A stretch of DNA of 64,000 nt from Bacillota bacterium (GTDB lineage Bacteria; Bacillota; JAAYKD01), in contig OY762825.2 in assembly GCA_963666425.2 (NCBI GenBank), forward strand, positions 2,752,001 through 2,816,000. Direction: 5' to 3'. Positions 47,001-62,519 of this stretch are shown piece by piece (position 1 is the first letter of the stretch; the number at the start of each line of letters is the position of its first letter). Under the pieces are notes generated by a model. That model searched no databases. It worked only from the letters and a program-made list of their open reading frames with translations, and was not told the DNA's origin. The position numbers were made by a program, and so were the translations under genes.

Positions 47001-47641
47001 AAGAATGCAGTCGGCTGCGTGCCGCTCTCCGGGAGATGGGTGTGGTTAATCTCGGCGCCATCGAAGAAAAACTGCGGCTGGAAGAACGCCGCGGTTATTT
47101 AGACGAGCAGGGAGCGGATATCCGCGAATCCTGTCAGGGCATTTGGAAAGTCATTGCTAAAATCGACAAAGATATGCGGGAACGCTTTGAAGAAGCTTTC
47201 CGGCAAGTGGATCAGAAATTCCGGCTGGTCTTTGCGGAATTGTTCGGCGGCGGTCAGGCCCATTTGAGTCTGACGGAACCGGAGGATCTGCTGACGACCG
47301 GTTTGGAAATTATCGCGCAGCTGCCCGGCAAAAAAGCGGGCAACTTAAGTCTGCTGTCCGGCGGTGAGCATGCGCTGACCGCGGTGGCCCTGTTGATTGC
47401 CATCCTCCAGGTCAAGAAACCGCCCTTCTGTCTGCTGGACGAGATCGAATCGTCACTGGATGAAGGAAATGTCAAGAAGGTCGCGAAAGTATTACAAACA
47501 TGCGCCGAGGATACGCAGATTATCTCTATTTCTCATCGCAAAGGCATGATGGAGGAATCGGATGCGTTAATCGGAGTGACGATGCAGACTCCCGGCATCT
47601 CATCGATTATTTCGGTGCGCTTTCACGATCGGGAAGAATAA
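44072..47641 (+). CDS. smc: Chromosome segregation protein SMC
   Basis: GFKSFA, Walker A GANGSGKSN, coiled coils, hinge GRATFLPL, LSGGE, LLDEIE. Confidence 0.97.
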   Translation: MYLKAIELVGFKSFAERVRLDFADGLTTIVGANGSGKSNIIDAVLWVMGEQNSRNLRGAKMEEIIFSGSEKRKAVGMAEVTLVIDNQTRLLPIDYEEVAVKRRLFRDGTSEYYINSQHCRLRDVVELFMDTGVGKDSFSIISQGQVDEIITDKPAERRVIIEEVAGISKFKYRKKEAVQKMERLQERLQRVDDIIAELDTQLAPLRLQAVKAEQYLQIKKKLNKAELAFYAAEFEKNETELTAAEQLYQKTQDHYTTAQAKLAVELAILEKLKLEQIQADSAIDEQNRKSNALGLSAERLRGEEKTLNERLQNLQQARQQLKETEESNRLRRAEFGKLSEQMETEIAACRSEQQRLEQSLSAASEQLLQLAQQQQQRRQQRENIGRQINQAEQSILRLQLQAESLRLETESLQQRLQGWDSEQKQLAGNQLAAEAAYQQWQTQTDTLQQQLQQSQTLSSRLQTEAAAAAAAYQQSEQQLKLQQEQIRLKGARFHTLTDLADQMDGYQRGVKAVLSAKKNHAASMHGVVDSVANLFSVDKKYETALEVALGGALQNLVVKNPQAAENAIDWLKQQKNGRATFLPLTVVQGQRDASLWQRISGKPGVLALATDLVQCEPSYRKIADHLLGNVIVTDSLAAANRLAAELAYRHRIVTLEGEILYPGGAVTGGSLYQRGVGLLGREREIKQLEEELAQEKTAALQLQTELTLLHQTMLKSAAEAEKQQLETVQLQQTESQQKENKAALQWKLAQIAEKRQTFSKEEEQARAKIDCLAQERQQIAQQMHVETAAKDELSVRFTLADAEEDEQKRLQQEEERSQLKLRLAVSQQRLNELQRQQNEQQQQTAELQAEQEELAVRLTALTARESETAAEISAIRSDLQDTLRQQQTAEQHLTEVKRNRLKFSESFQEQDARIEQARRTEDAAREASYHSNLRLSRSQNDRAYLAEKLMAEYQMLPTQLTEIDRSDLPAAGEALTKECSRLRAALREMGVVNLGAIEEKLRLEERRGYLDEQGADIRESCQGIWKVIAKIDKDMRERFEEAFRQVDQKFRLVFAELFGGGQAHLSLTEPEDLLTTGLEIIAQLPGKKAGNLSLLSGGEHALTAVALLIAILQVKKPPFCLLDEIESSLDEGNVKKVAKVLQTCAEDTQIISISHRKGMMEESDALIGVTMQTPGISSIISVRFHDREE

Positions 47642-47655
47642 GGAGTGGTTCGAGA

Positions 47656-48639
47656 ATGGGCTTTTTTGAAAAATTAAAGCAAAGCCTGGCGAAGACCCAG
47701 GAAGCTTTTGTCGGTAAGATCGATCAGGTTTTTTCCCGCTTTCAAAAAGTGGACGAAGCGTTATTTGACGAACTGGAAGAAATCATGATTTCCGCCGATC
47801 TGGGTGTCAGCACGACGGAATTTTTACTGAACAATGTGCGCAAACGGGTTAAGAAGGAGCATATTGAAGAAGCGGCGGATGTGAAACGCCTTTTACAGGA
47901 AGAAATGTCGGCAATCCTGAACAGCGAGATTCTGCCGCTGAATATCGAGCCCGGCAGAATGAACATCATCCTGGTGGTTGGCGTCAATGGCGTTGGCAAG
48001 ACGACGCTGGTGGGAAAATTGGCCAATCGTTATCATCAGCAGGGCTTAAAAGTCTTAGTGGCTGCCGCCGATACCTTCCGTGCCGCCGCCATTGATCAAT
48101 TGGCGATTTGGTGTGAGCGCGCCGATGTGGAACTCATCCGGCATCAGCCGGGGGCGGATCCTGCGGCGGTCGTCTTTGATACGATCAATGCCGGCAGAGC
48201 CCGGCACAGCGATTTGATTCTGATTGATACGGCAGGACGTCTGCATAATAAATCGCATCTGATGGAAGAGATGAATAAAATCTACCGCATCATTCAGCGG
48301 GAAATACCGGATGCGCCGCACGAGACACTGCTCGTACTGGATGCCACCACCGGTCAGAATGCGGTGCTGCAGGCCAAGGCATTCAGCGAAGTGGCCAAAG
48401 TCACCGCTTTGGCGCTGACCAAACTGGATGGTACCGCCAAAGGCGGCATTGTGATCGCCATTGCAGAACAGCTGCATCTGCCGGTCAAGTTGGTTGGTTT
48501 GGGCGAAGGCATCGAGGACTTGCGCGATTTTGATCCCTCGGTTTTTGTGCAGGCGCTGTTTGACCGCAGCAAAACCGAGACCGAAAGCGAAGCACCGGCT
48601 GAAAAAAAGACAGGTCTGCAATTTTTCGAGAAAGAGTGA
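47656..48639 (+). CDS. ftsY: SRP receptor FtsY
   Basis: MGFFEKLK start; GVNGVGKTT, DTFRAAA, DTAGR, TKLDGTAKGG. Confidence 0.97.
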   Translation: MGFFEKLKQSLAKTQEAFVGKIDQVFSRFQKVDEALFDELEEIMISADLGVSTTEFLLNNVRKRVKKEHIEEAADVKRLLQEEMSAILNSEILPLNIEPGRMNIILVVGVNGVGKTTLVGKLANRYHQQGLKVLVAAADTFRAAAIDQLAIWCERADVELIRHQPGADPAAVVFDTINAGRARHSDLILIDTAGRLHNKSHLMEEMNKIYRIIQREIPDAPHETLLVLDATTGQNAVLQAKAFSEVAKVTALALTKLDGTAKGGIVIAIAEQLHLPVKLVGLGEGIEDLRDFDPSVFVQALFDRSKTETESEAPAEKKTGLQFFEKE

Positions 48640-48647
48640 AGTAAATT

Positions 48648-49970
48648 ATGAGGCAAAGTTATCGCTGTCCGCCGCAAATTGAAACAAACCGTCTCGGTCA
48701 TCTGGAAACCCGTGGTATGGAGCTGAGCGCTCTGGCTGCCCGTTTTGGTACACCGCTCTATGTGATGGATGAAGCGCTGATCCGTCAGCACTGCCGTGAC
48801 TATTGGCGCGGTTTGGATGACTATGCCAACGGTCAGATTGTCTACGCCGGTAAAGCGCTGCTGAATCAGGCCATCTGCCGGATCATCGAACAGGAGCGGC
48901 TGTATCTGGATGTGGTCAGCGGCGGCGAACTCTATACCGCCCTCAGTGCCGGCTTCCCGGCGGAGAAGATGCTTTTCCATGGCAACAATAAAACCAAAGC
49001 AGAATTGCAATTGGCGCTGCAGTCCGGTATCGGCCGTATCGTTGTCGATAATCTGAACGAACTGCAGCTGCTGCAGCAATTGACAAAAGATTTGGCTTGT
49101 GAAGCTAACTTGATGCTGCGCATCACCCCCGGTGTGGAAGCGCATACGCATGAGTACATCCGCACTGCGCAGACCGATTCCAAATTCGGTCTGGGGATTT
49201 CCGATCTGCAGCTGCAGGACGCCATCCAGACCATCCTACAAACGCCGCGTCTGCATCTGCAAGGCATCCATTGCCATATCGGTTCCCAGATCATGGAGGA
49301 AGAACCGTACAGCCTGGCTGTGGAGCTGATGTTTGGTTTACTGGAACAAATCCGCAGCCGCTATCAGCTGACGCTGCCGGAATTGAATCTGGGCGGCGGC
49401 ATCGGCATCCGCTATACAAGCGAAGACCAGCCGTTGCAGCCAACAGCGGTGGTGCAGCATATTGCAAAACAGGTCCGCCTGCAGGCGGAAAAGCACAATT
49501 TTCCTTTGCCGAAACTGTTTGTCGAACCGGGCCGTGCCATTGTTGGTGAAGCGGGGATTTCCCTCTATACCATCGGCGGCATCAAAGAGGTACCAGGCAT
49601 TCGACGCTATGTTTCGGTGGACGGCGGCATGTCCGATAATATCCGTCCTGCTTTGTACCAGGCCGTCTACGAGGCAGTGGTGGTGGATAAGGCAAACGAA
49701 CCCTTGCTGCAGCAGGCTCATTTGGCAGGCAAGCACTGCGAGACGGGCGATATTCTGATCAAGGATCTTTGGCTGCCGGCAGTGGCGGTGGGAGATGTGA
49801 TTGCTGTTTTTGCTACCGGCGCATACAACTACTCCATGGCCAGCAATTACAATCGGGTCACCCGCCCGGCAATGGTTTTAATCAGCCCAGCCGGAGCGGA
49901 TTTGATGGAAGAACGCGAAACGTATCAGGATTTGATCCGACTGGATCGGATGCCGGCTCATCTGAAATAA
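48648..49970 (+). CDS. lysA: Diaminopimelate decarboxylase
   Basis: GTPLYV, YAGKA (PLP lysine), HCHIGSQI, EPGRAIV, GKHCETGD, GAYNYSMASNYN. Confidence 0.96.
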   Translation: MRQSYRCPPQIETNRLGHLETRGMELSALAARFGTPLYVMDEALIRQHCRDYWRGLDDYANGQIVYAGKALLNQAICRIIEQERLYLDVVSGGELYTALSAGFPAEKMLFHGNNKTKAELQLALQSGIGRIVVDNLNELQLLQQLTKDLACEANLMLRITPGVEAHTHEYIRTAQTDSKFGLGISDLQLQDAIQTILQTPRLHLQGIHCHIGSQIMEEEPYSLAVELMFGLLEQIRSRYQLTLPELNLGGGIGIRYTSEDQPLQPTAVVQHIAKQVRLQAEKHNFPLPKLFVEPGRAIVGEAGISLYTIGGIKEVPGIRRYVSVDGGMSDNIRPALYQAVYEAVVVDKANEPLLQQAHLAGKHCETGDILIKDLWLPAVAVGDVIAVFATGAYNYSMASNYNRVTRPAMVLISPAGADLMEERETYQDLIRLDRMPAHLK

Positions 49971-50003
49971 ACTGGAAATTTACAAAAAGAAAGAAGTAGA
50001 AGT

Positions 50004-50639
50004 ATGTTTGGTTTGGATTCGGATTTCCTCTTTTACATTCCGGGATTACTGCTTGCTTTGACGGTGCATGAATTTGCGCACAGTTGGATTTCTTATCGTT
50101 TGGGAGACCCGACGCCGAAATTGCAGGGCAGATTGTCTTTTAATCCTTTGAATCACATCGACCCCATCGGCTTCATTATGATGGTGGTGTTTCGCTTTGG
50201 TTGGTGCAAACCGGTGGAAGTCAACCCGTTTTATTATAAAAACAGACGGCAGGGGATGCTGATGGTGGCTTTGGCCGGACCGGCAGCCAATTTTCTGACT
50301 GCTTTGCTCGTCGCCCTGCTCTATGGTTTACTGACCATCATCCTGCCCACTTCCATTCTGTTCAACTCCTATTTGATCAAGGTATTGCTGGGCATCCTGA
50401 TGTATAACGTCAACCTCGGCTTATTTAATTTAATTCCGATTCCGCCGCTGGATGGCTCGAAAGTGCTGGAAGGTTTACTGCCGGTTAAAGAGTCGTTTGC
50501 TTATATGAATTTCATGAATCGCTACGGCATTCTGATTTTATTGGCTCTGATGATCACCGGCGCTTATCGCTATCTGATCAGTCCGCTGGCCAATCTGTTC
50601 TTGAATGCGTTGCTTGCCATTGTGCAAATGTTTCTCTAG
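50004..50639 (+). CDS. Site-2 protease family (M50) membrane metalloprotease
   Basis: HEFAH zinc motif, AGPAAN, FNLIPIPPLDG. Confidence 0.93.
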   Translation: MFGLDSDFLFYIPGLLLALTVHEFAHSWISYRLGDPTPKLQGRLSFNPLNHIDPIGFIMMVVFRFGWCKPVEVNPFYYKNRRQGMLMVALAGPAANFLTALLVALLYGLLTIILPTSILFNSYLIKVLLGILMYNVNLGLFNLIPIPPLDGSKVLEGLLPVKESFAYMNFMNRYGILILLALMITGAYRYLISPLANLFLNALLAIVQMFL

Positions 50640-50656
50640 CGTGGTTCGAGGTGTCT

Positions 50657-51361
50657 ATGAGTTTTAAAACTTCCATCCCCGGGTTCGAGGGAGAAGCTGC
50701 CGGCGCGGTCGAATATCTGCGGCAGGATAAAGAAAAGGTGCTGGATCTGCAAATTAATGCCTGGATCGATGATTTTATGGCTTATTTGGAGCCAAAAGGT
50801 TTCGATTCCGAAGAGGCATCTGCTTTTATTGTACTGGCGGCCATTTTAATGGAATGGAAAATGCAGCTGCTGCTGCCAAAACCGCTGGAAGCAGTGGAAC
50901 CGGAAGAACCCTACGACAGAGAAGCGCATCTGGAAGAATATCGCCTGATTCAGGCAACCGCCAAACAATTGTCACGTTTGGCAGAACAGCGCGAATTATG
51001 GGTGGCAAGACCCGCGGATGAGATTCAGATCGGTATCGACCCGGTGGATCGTCTGCGGCATACCGGTTTATTTGACTTGCTGACCGCTTTTCAGCGCGTA
51101 CTGCAGGCGGGCGAAGAAACGCTGGATGTCGATGAAGTAATTGAAGCGGAAGAATACGAATTGGAACATCAGATGACCTACATCTTATCTCGCGTGCAGC
51201 AGAACCGGGGCCGCATTTTGTTTGAACAATTGTTCCGTCCGGGCAGCCGCCGCAATTTGCTGGTAGCCACTTTCCTGGCTTTGCTGGAATTGGTCCGGCT
51301 GCAGCAGCTGAAGATCGAGCAAATCACATCTTATGGTGAACTATGGATTGGAGAGGGTTAG
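50657..51361 (+). CDS. scpA: Segregation and condensation protein A (kleisin), divergent
   Basis: ASAFIVLAAILMEWK...LLP and C-terminal VATFLALLELVR...Q...YGEL; adjacent to scpB. Confidence 0.88.
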   Translation: MSFKTSIPGFEGEAAGAVEYLRQDKEKVLDLQINAWIDDFMAYLEPKGFDSEEASAFIVLAAILMEWKMQLLLPKPLEAVEPEEPYDREAHLEEYRLIQATAKQLSRLAEQRELWVARPADEIQIGIDPVDRLRHTGLFDLLTAFQRVLQAGEETLDVDEVIEAEEYELEHQMTYILSRVQQNRGRILFEQLFRPGSRRNLLVATFLALLELVRLQQLKIEQITSYGELWIGEG

Positions 51362-51363
51362 AA

Positions 51364-51939
51364 GTGACGCAAGATAATCAGGACCTTTCCCTGACCCTGG
51401 TCAATTTACCGGCGGAGCAGGAAAACGGCATGGTGGAAGCTTTGCTGTTTGTTAGTGGCGAACCGGTTCCCTCCGAGCGTTTGGCGGAATTATTGGGTAA
51501 AACGGTGGAAGAAACCGACCTGCAGCTGCAGGAAATGGCTGCGCTCTGGACAAATGATGCCAAGCGCGGCTGCACGTTGCTGCCGGTTGCCAACGGCTGG
51601 CAGATGGTGACCAAACCGGATTATGCCAAACGGCTGCGCTATTTTCTGCAGTCGTTGAACAAACCGCGAAAATTGTCGCCAACCACCTTGGAAACACTGG
51701 CGATTGTGGCGGGCAAGCAGCCAATTACCCGCCAGGAAGTGGAATTGATCCGCGGCGTCAGCGCCGATTATGCCATCAACCAATTGTTGTCTCTGGGCTT
51801 GATCGACGAAGTCGGGAAAAAGCCGGGAGCCGGCAGAGCGAATCTATATGCCACGACTGATTTGTTTTTGAGCCATTTTGGTCTGCGCTCTTTGGATGAT
51901 TTACCGGAAAAATTGGAATTCTTAGGAAAAGGAGTCTAA
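51364..51939 (+). CDS. scpB: Segregation and condensation protein B
   Basis: VEALLFVSGEP, LSPTTLETLAIVA, QPITRQEVELIRGV, YATTDLFLSHFGL. Confidence 0.95.
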   Translation: MTQDNQDLSLTLVNLPAEQENGMVEALLFVSGEPVPSERLAELLGKTVEETDLQLQEMAALWTNDAKRGCTLLPVANGWQMVTKPDYAKRLRYFLQSLNKPRKLSPTTLETLAIVAGKQPITRQEVELIRGVSADYAINQLLSLGLIDEVGKKPGAGRANLYATTDLFLSHFGLRSLDDLPEKLEFLGKGV

Positions 51940-51942
51940 AGA

Positions 51943-52557
51943 ATGCCTTTTATTACATTTGAGGGAATCGATGCCAGCGGTAAAACAACGCAAATTACCC
52001 GTCTGGCAGAAACATTGAAAAAATGGGGTGCCGAGGTTGTGGTCACCTGTGAGCCGCGCGGCACCGAGGTTGGCGTCGTGATTGGTAATTTGGTGCTGGA
52101 CCGCAAAGATCTGGACATTCTGCCCGCCACGGAGGTTTTTCTATTTGCCGCGGATCGCTGCCAGCATGTGCGCCAGGTACTAAATCCGGCGCTGCAGCAA
52201 GGTCAATTTGTGCTGTCCGATCGCTTTGTTGATTCCAGCATCGCTTTTCAGGGAGCAGCCGGCTTGGAATTGGATTTTATCCGCGCCGTCAATCAGCTGG
52301 CGGTCAATGATTTAAAGCCGGATCTCACCTTTTGGCTGGATCTGCCGGCAGAAGAGACAATGAAACGAATTGCCAGGCGTGGCGAAGGCGATCGTTTGGA
52401 AAGCAAAGGCTTCGTTTACGAAGACAAGGTTAGAGCGCTCTATCAGCTGCTTGCAGATCAGGAGCCGCAGCGTTTTGTGAAAATTGACAGCACCGCCGCA
52501 CCGGCGGAGATGGCAAAAACGATTGCAGCGATCGTTCGGCAGCGCTTTTCGCTCTGA
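51943..52557 (+). CDS. tmk: Thymidylate kinase
   Basis: FITFEGIDASGKTTQ, LFAADR, SDRFVDSSIAFQG, PDLT. Confidence 0.96.
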   Translation: MPFITFEGIDASGKTTQITRLAETLKKWGAEVVVTCEPRGTEVGVVIGNLVLDRKDLDILPATEVFLFAADRCQHVRQVLNPALQQGQFVLSDRFVDSSIAFQGAAGLELDFIRAVNQLAVNDLKPDLTFWLDLPAEETMKRIARRGEGDRLESKGFVYEDKVRALYQLLADQEPQRFVKIDSTAAPAEMAKTIAAIVRQRFSL

Positions 52558-52695
52558 TCGACGGTAATTTCTGCTTATTCTGACAATAAAAAAGGATATC
52601 TCTGCCTGAGGCGACATTTACCCGGAACGGTTGAAAAAATAGCTCTTGGCGAAGATGCGGGTTCATGTAGGAACATGAAACATAGGCCTTTCTGT

Positions 52696-52724
52696 TTGAC
52701 TTATGCACCGGGAAATATTATACT
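52696..52724 (+). promoter_or_regulatory. Sigma-A promoter of typA
   Basis: TTGACT-N17-TATACT. Confidence 0.75.
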
Positions 52725-52775
52725 ATCTAATTGTAATGAAATGGAAATAATAAGTCTGCTATGGAGAGTGATACC

Positions 52776-54611
52776 TTGTTAAGAAATGATATTAGAAATG
52801 TTGCCATTATTGCCCACGTTGATCACGGCAAAACTACTCTGGTCGACGCCATGCTGCGGCAAAGTGGTATTTTCCGCGCGAATGAAGCAGTACAGGAACG
52901 CGTCATGGACTCCAATGATTTGGAGCGCGAACGCGGTATTACCATATTATCCAAAAACACCGCTGTCATGTACCGCGGCGTCAAGATCAATATTGTGGAT
53001 ACCCCCGGCCATGCCGATTTCGGCGGTGAAGTGGAACGGATCTTAGGCATGGTGGACGGCGTCATCCTGGTGGTGGATGCCTTTGAAGGTTCCATGCCGC
53101 AAACCCGCTATGTTCTGAAGAAAGCTTTGGAACATGGTTTAAAAGCTGTGGTCGTGATCAATAAAATCGACCGCAAAGACGCCCGACCTGTTGAAGTTGT
53201 GGATGAAATCCTCGATCTTTTCCTCTCTTTGGATGCGGAAGAAGATCAATTGGATTTCCCGGTAGTTTATTGTTCAGCCCGTGCCGGCGTGGCCGGGGTT
53301 CAGCTGAATGACATGCAGGATAATATTCAGCCGATTTTTGAAATGATTGTCAACACCATTCCCGCTCCCGACGGCGACGCGGAAGGTCCTCTGCAAATGG
53401 GGATCAGCACGCTGGACTATGATGATTATGTTGGCCGCATGGCGGTTGGCAAGATTATGCGCGGCACCGCCAGAGTCAATCAACAAGTAGTGGTCTGCCG
53501 TCCGGATGGCAGCATGAACCGCGGTAAGATCAGCAAACTCTATACTTTTGCCGGATTAAAGCGCAAAGAAGAAACCGAAGTCTCGGCAGGAGAATTGGTT
53601 TCCATTGTAGGTTTGGAAGACATCAACATCGGTGAAACCATCTGTGATCCGGATTTTCCGGAATCACTGCCGATGATGCCGGTGGATGAGCCGACCCTGT
53701 CGATGAACTTTATCGTCAATAACAGTCCTTTCGCCGGTCGGGAAGGCACTTATGTCACCACCCGGCATCTGCGCGACCGCTTAATGCGGGAGTTGGAGAA
53801 AAATGTTTCTCTGCGGGTGCGGGAAACCGATTCACCCGATTCTTATGAAGTCTGCGGCCGCGGCGAACTGCATCTTTCCATTTTGATTGAAACCATGCGC
53901 CGCGAAGGTTACGAAATGCAGATTTCCAAACCGCGTGTCATCACCAAAATCATCGACGGCGTTTTAGCCGAACCGATTGAGTACCTGGTGCTGGATTTGC
54001 CGGAAGAAACCATGGGACCCGTCATGGAATTGCTCGGCCCACGTAAAGCCGAAATGAAGAATATGCATCACCTCTCGGAAGGTCAGCTGCGCTTGGAATT
54101 TACCGTACCGGCGCGCGGTTTGATTGGCTTCCGTTCCGACTACCTGACACTGACCAAAGGCTATGGCATCATGAATCATGTTTTCCACAGCTTTGAAGCC
54201 TATAAGGGCGATGTCGGCAAACGCAGCCGCGGTGTTTTAGTTGCCTGGGAAGACGGCGAAACCACCGGTTATGCCCTGCATGCCCTGCAAGACAGAGGAA
54301 TTATGTTCCTCGAACCGGGAATTGAAGTCTATCGCGGTGAAATTGTGGGTGAGAATACCAGAGAAGACGATATCGACGTCAATGTCTGCAAGAAAAAACA
54401 TGTTTCCAATATGCGTTCTTCCGCCACGGACGAATCGATGCATATGGAACCGGCTAAAAAAATGACCTTAGAGCAGGCGATGGAATATATTGAAGAGGAT
54501 GAACTGGTGGAGGTCACTCCCAAGAACATCCGCTTACGCAAAAAGATTCTTGACCCAACCGCCCGTTACCGCGTCTCACAGGGCCATTCCGCTTCCAGAA
54601 TCAAAGAATAA
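52776..54611 (+). CDS. typA: Translational GTPase TypA/BipA
   Basis: [50 protein letters not shown]; TTG start after a GGAGAG RBS. Confidence 0.98.
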   Translation: MLRNDIRNVAIIAHVDHGKTTLVDAMLRQSGIFRANEAVQERVMDSNDLERERGITILSKNTAVMYRGVKINIVDTPGHADFGGEVERILGMVDGVILVVDAFEGSMPQTRYVLKKALEHGLKAVVVINKIDRKDARPVEVVDEILDLFLSLDAEEDQLDFPVVYCSARAGVAGVQLNDMQDNIQPIFEMIVNTIPAPDGDAEGPLQMGISTLDYDDYVGRMAVGKIMRGTARVNQQVVVCRPDGSMNRGKISKLYTFAGLKRKEETEVSAGELVSIVGLEDINIGETICDPDFPESLPMMPVDEPTLSMNFIVNNSPFAGREGTYVTTRHLRDRLMRELEKNVSLRVRETDSPDSYEVCGRGELHLSILIETMRREGYEMQISKPRVITKIIDGVLAEPIEYLVLDLPEETMGPVMELLGPRKAEMKNMHHLSEGQLRLEFTVPARGLIGFRSDYLTLTKGYGIMNHVFHSFEAYKGDVGKRSRGVLVAWEDGETTGYALHALQDRGIMFLEPGIEVYRGEIVGENTREDDIDVNVCKKKHVSNMRSSATDESMHMEPAKKMTLEQAMEYIEEDELVEVTPKNIRLRKKILDPTARYRVSQGHSASRIKE

Positions 54612-54621
54612 TCGGAACTCA

Positions 54622-54669
54622 AAAAGTGTGTCCCCTGATTGTTTCAACGGGTGGACACGCTTTTCTTTT
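54622..54669 (+). terminator. Terminator after typA
   Basis: AAAAGTGTGTCC...GGACACGCTTTT followed by CTTTT. Confidence 0.78.
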
Positions 54670-54747
54670 GCCCCTGACAGGATTTTGCCGGCTGCGAAGC
54701 GAATTTTAAATCAACGAGCTGTAAGACAACGGAAGGGATGGGATCGG

Positions 54748-59986
<5,239 letters not shown>

Positions 59987-60015
59987 TCCTGCTGCAAAGC
60001 AGCTTCATCGCTGTA

Positions 60016-60051
60016 AGAGGGCCATCTCGTTTTCAGAGATGACCCTTTTTT
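60016..60051 (+). terminator. Rho-independent terminator
   Basis: GGGCCATCTC...GAGATGACCC followed by T6. Confidence 0.7.
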
Positions 60052-60146
60052 ACAGGAACTGCAATCGATATCAGCGGTATTGCACAATGAAGGTATCGAT
60101 TGCAGTCTCTGTAAAAACTCGGAAAAAATCAACGGAGGGAACCGTT

Positions 60147-61061
60147 ATGAAGAATCATTTTGCCGAAATACAGGAATTAATACCGGAAATCCGCCTGCTG
60201 CAAAACGCATGTCTGGCAAATTTCACCAGCTTTCAATTTGGCGGTCCGGCCGATTTGCTGGCGGAACCAAGCACAGCGACGGAGATTGTGCGCTTGGTGC
60301 AATATGCAAACCAAAACGGCTTACCGTATCTGGTGATTGGCAAAGGCAGCAATCTGATTGTGCGGGACGGCGGCATCCGCGGTTTGGTGATAGTCTTGGC
60401 CGACCGCTACAGTAGGATAGAATTGCTGACGCAAACCACAATCCGAGCGGAAGCGGGCGCGCGGCTGATTGCTTTGGCGCGCTTTGCTTACGAACAGAGT
60501 TTGAGCGGTTTAGAATTTGCCTGCGGCATCCCCGGCAGCTTGGGCGGTGCGGTGGCGATGGATGCCGGTGCCTATGGCGGCGAGATGAAGCAAGTGGTGC
60601 AGCAAGTGACGGCGTTGGATCGAACAGGACAAATCATCCAACTCAGCAATCGGGAAATGAACTTTTCTTACCGGCATTCCACCGCGCTGGAGCAGCAGCT
60701 GATTGTTCTGAACGCCGAACTGGAGTTGACAGTAAAAGATCCGGCAGAGATCAAGGCGCAGATGGATGATTTGAGCGCCAAACGGCGCAGCAAACAACCG
60801 CTGCAGTATCCCAGTGCCGGCAGTGTTTTCAAGCGTCCGCCGGGGAATTTCGCCGGACCGCTGATTGAACAGGCCGGGCTGAAAGGCTATCGCATTGGTG
60901 ACGCCCAAGTTTCCGAACTGCATGCGGGGTTCATCATCAACCTTGGCCATGCTACGGCCAGCGACGTTTTACAATTGATTCAGCACATTCAAGAGACAGT
61001 CTACCGGCAGTCCGGCATCCGGCTGGAACCGGAAATACAAATCATTGGCGAGGAGATCTAA
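60147..61061 (+). CDS. murB: UDP-N-acetylmuramate dehydrogenase
   Basis: GGPAD, IGKGSN, GIPGSLGGAV, FSYRHS, KQPLQYPSAGSVFKRP, LEPEI; GGAGG RBS before the ATG at 60147. Confidence 0.97.
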   Translation: MKNHFAEIQELIPEIRLLQNACLANFTSFQFGGPADLLAEPSTATEIVRLVQYANQNGLPYLVIGKGSNLIVRDGGIRGLVIVLADRYSRIELLTQTTIRAEAGARLIALARFAYEQSLSGLEFACGIPGSLGGAVAMDAGAYGGEMKQVVQQVTALDRTGQIIQLSNREMNFSYRHSTALEQQLIVLNAELELTVKDPAEIKAQMDDLSAKRRSKQPLQYPSAGSVFKRPPGNFAGPLIEQAGLKGYRIGDAQVSELHAGFIINLGHATASDVLQLIQHIQETVYRQSGIRLEPEIQIIGEEI

Positions 61062-62519
61062 ATGGCAAAACAAAAAAACAGCTGGAGTCTGCCGGGCAAT
61101 AAACAAACGGCCGCAGCCGGCAGCATGAGCTTCAGTGTGCATCAGCAGATAGAAATCACGGCCGATAACATTGGCATCAACGGGGAAGGGGTTGCCCGTT
61201 ACCAAAACCTGGCTGTCTTCTGCGACGGCTTGCTGCCGGGAGAAACCGCCAAAGCCGAAATCAGCGAGATCCATAAAACTTTTCTCCGGGCGAACCTTTT
61301 GGAAATCTTGCTCAGCTCGCCGCAGCGGCAGCAGCCACCTTGCCAATACTATGCGCAGTGCGGCGGCTGTCAGCTGCAGCATTGGCAGTATGAAGCGCAA
61401 ACAGCCTGGAAAGAACTGCAGGTGAAAGAACAACTGCGGCGTTTGGCTAAAATTGAACCCGAACTGCAGCCGATTTTGGCAGCAGAACAGCCCTATGCCT
61501 ACCGCAATAAGATTCAGATGCCAGCGGGTCTGCAGGACGGCAAAAAAGTGATTGGTTTATACGAAAATAACAGTCATCGCATTGTCGACATCAAACGCTG
61601 TTTGCTGCAGTCTCCTTTGGGCAACAAAGTGCTGCAAATTGTACGGGAAGAAATTTTTCAGAGCAAGATATCCTTTTATAACGAAACTGCCAACAGCGGT
61701 TTGTTGCGCCATATCATGATTCGCACCAACCGTGAAGACACGCTTGCTCTGCTGACACTCGTGATCAACGGACTGACCATTCCGGATGAAAAGCAAATGA
61801 TTGAAAATTTAGTGCAGCAGATTCCGGAACTGGGCGGCATTGTCTTAAACTACAACACAGAAAAAGGCAATACCGTACTGGGCGAAAAGAGCAGATTGCT
61901 CTGGGGCTTTGATACGCTGGAAGATCAGATTGGCGAGGCGACTTTTCTTGTTTCGGATCGCTCCTTTTTCCAGGTCAATCGCTTTCAAACCGAACGGCTC
62001 TATCAAATTGTGGCCGCCTATGCTAAAAAAGCAGACGCGGTTCGCTTGCTGGATGCTTACTGCGGCATCGGTTCCATCGGCTTATTCTTAGCCAAATGGC
62101 AAGGAAACGCAGAAATTAAGCCAAGTAATCTAGATTTAAAGCAGATTATCGGGGTGGAAATTGCTGCGGTGGCAGTTAAAGACGCGGAGAAAAACGCCCT
62201 GCAAAACCGGGTCAGCAATGCCAGCTACTATACCGGCAAATGTGAGGAAGTCTTACCGAAATTGGCGCAGCAGGGGATAACATTCGATTGCGCCGTTTTC
62301 GATCCACCCCGTCAGGGCTGCCAGCCGGAATTCCTGCAGGCAATTGCCAAAGCCAAAATCAATAACCTGATCTATGTCAGCTGTAACCCAAATACTTTGG
62401 CGCGCGACGTGGCGCTCCTGCGTGAACTGGGCTATGAAGTGATCACCGGCCAGGCAGTGGACATGTTCCCGATGACAACACATGTTGAGTGTGTGGTGTT
62501 AATGGAGCGCCGGGATTAA
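61062..62519 (+). CDS. rlmD: 23S rRNA m5U methyltransferase (RlmD/RumA family)
   Basis: TRAM domain; CQYYAQCGGCQLQH Fe-S motif; SFFQVN; LDAYCGIG; DPPR; YVSCNP; DMFPMTTHVE. Confidence 0.96.
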   Translation: MAKQKNSWSLPGNKQTAAAGSMSFSVHQQIEITADNIGINGEGVARYQNLAVFCDGLLPGETAKAEISEIHKTFLRANLLEILLSSPQRQQPPCQYYAQCGGCQLQHWQYEAQTAWKELQVKEQLRRLAKIEPELQPILAAEQPYAYRNKIQMPAGLQDGKKVIGLYENNSHRIVDIKRCLLQSPLGNKVLQIVREEIFQSKISFYNETANSGLLRHIMIRTNREDTLALLTLVINGLTIPDEKQMIENLVQQIPELGGIVLNYNTEKGNTVLGEKSRLLWGFDTLEDQIGEATFLVSDRSFFQVNRFQTERLYQIVAAYAKKADAVRLLDAYCGIGSIGLFLAKWQGNAEIKPSNLDLKQIIGVEIAAVAVKDAEKNALQNRVSNASYYTGKCEEVLPKLAQQGITFDCAVFDPPRQGCQPEFLQAIAKAKINNLIYVSCNPNTLARDVALLRELGYEVITGQAVDMFPMTTHVECVVLMERRD

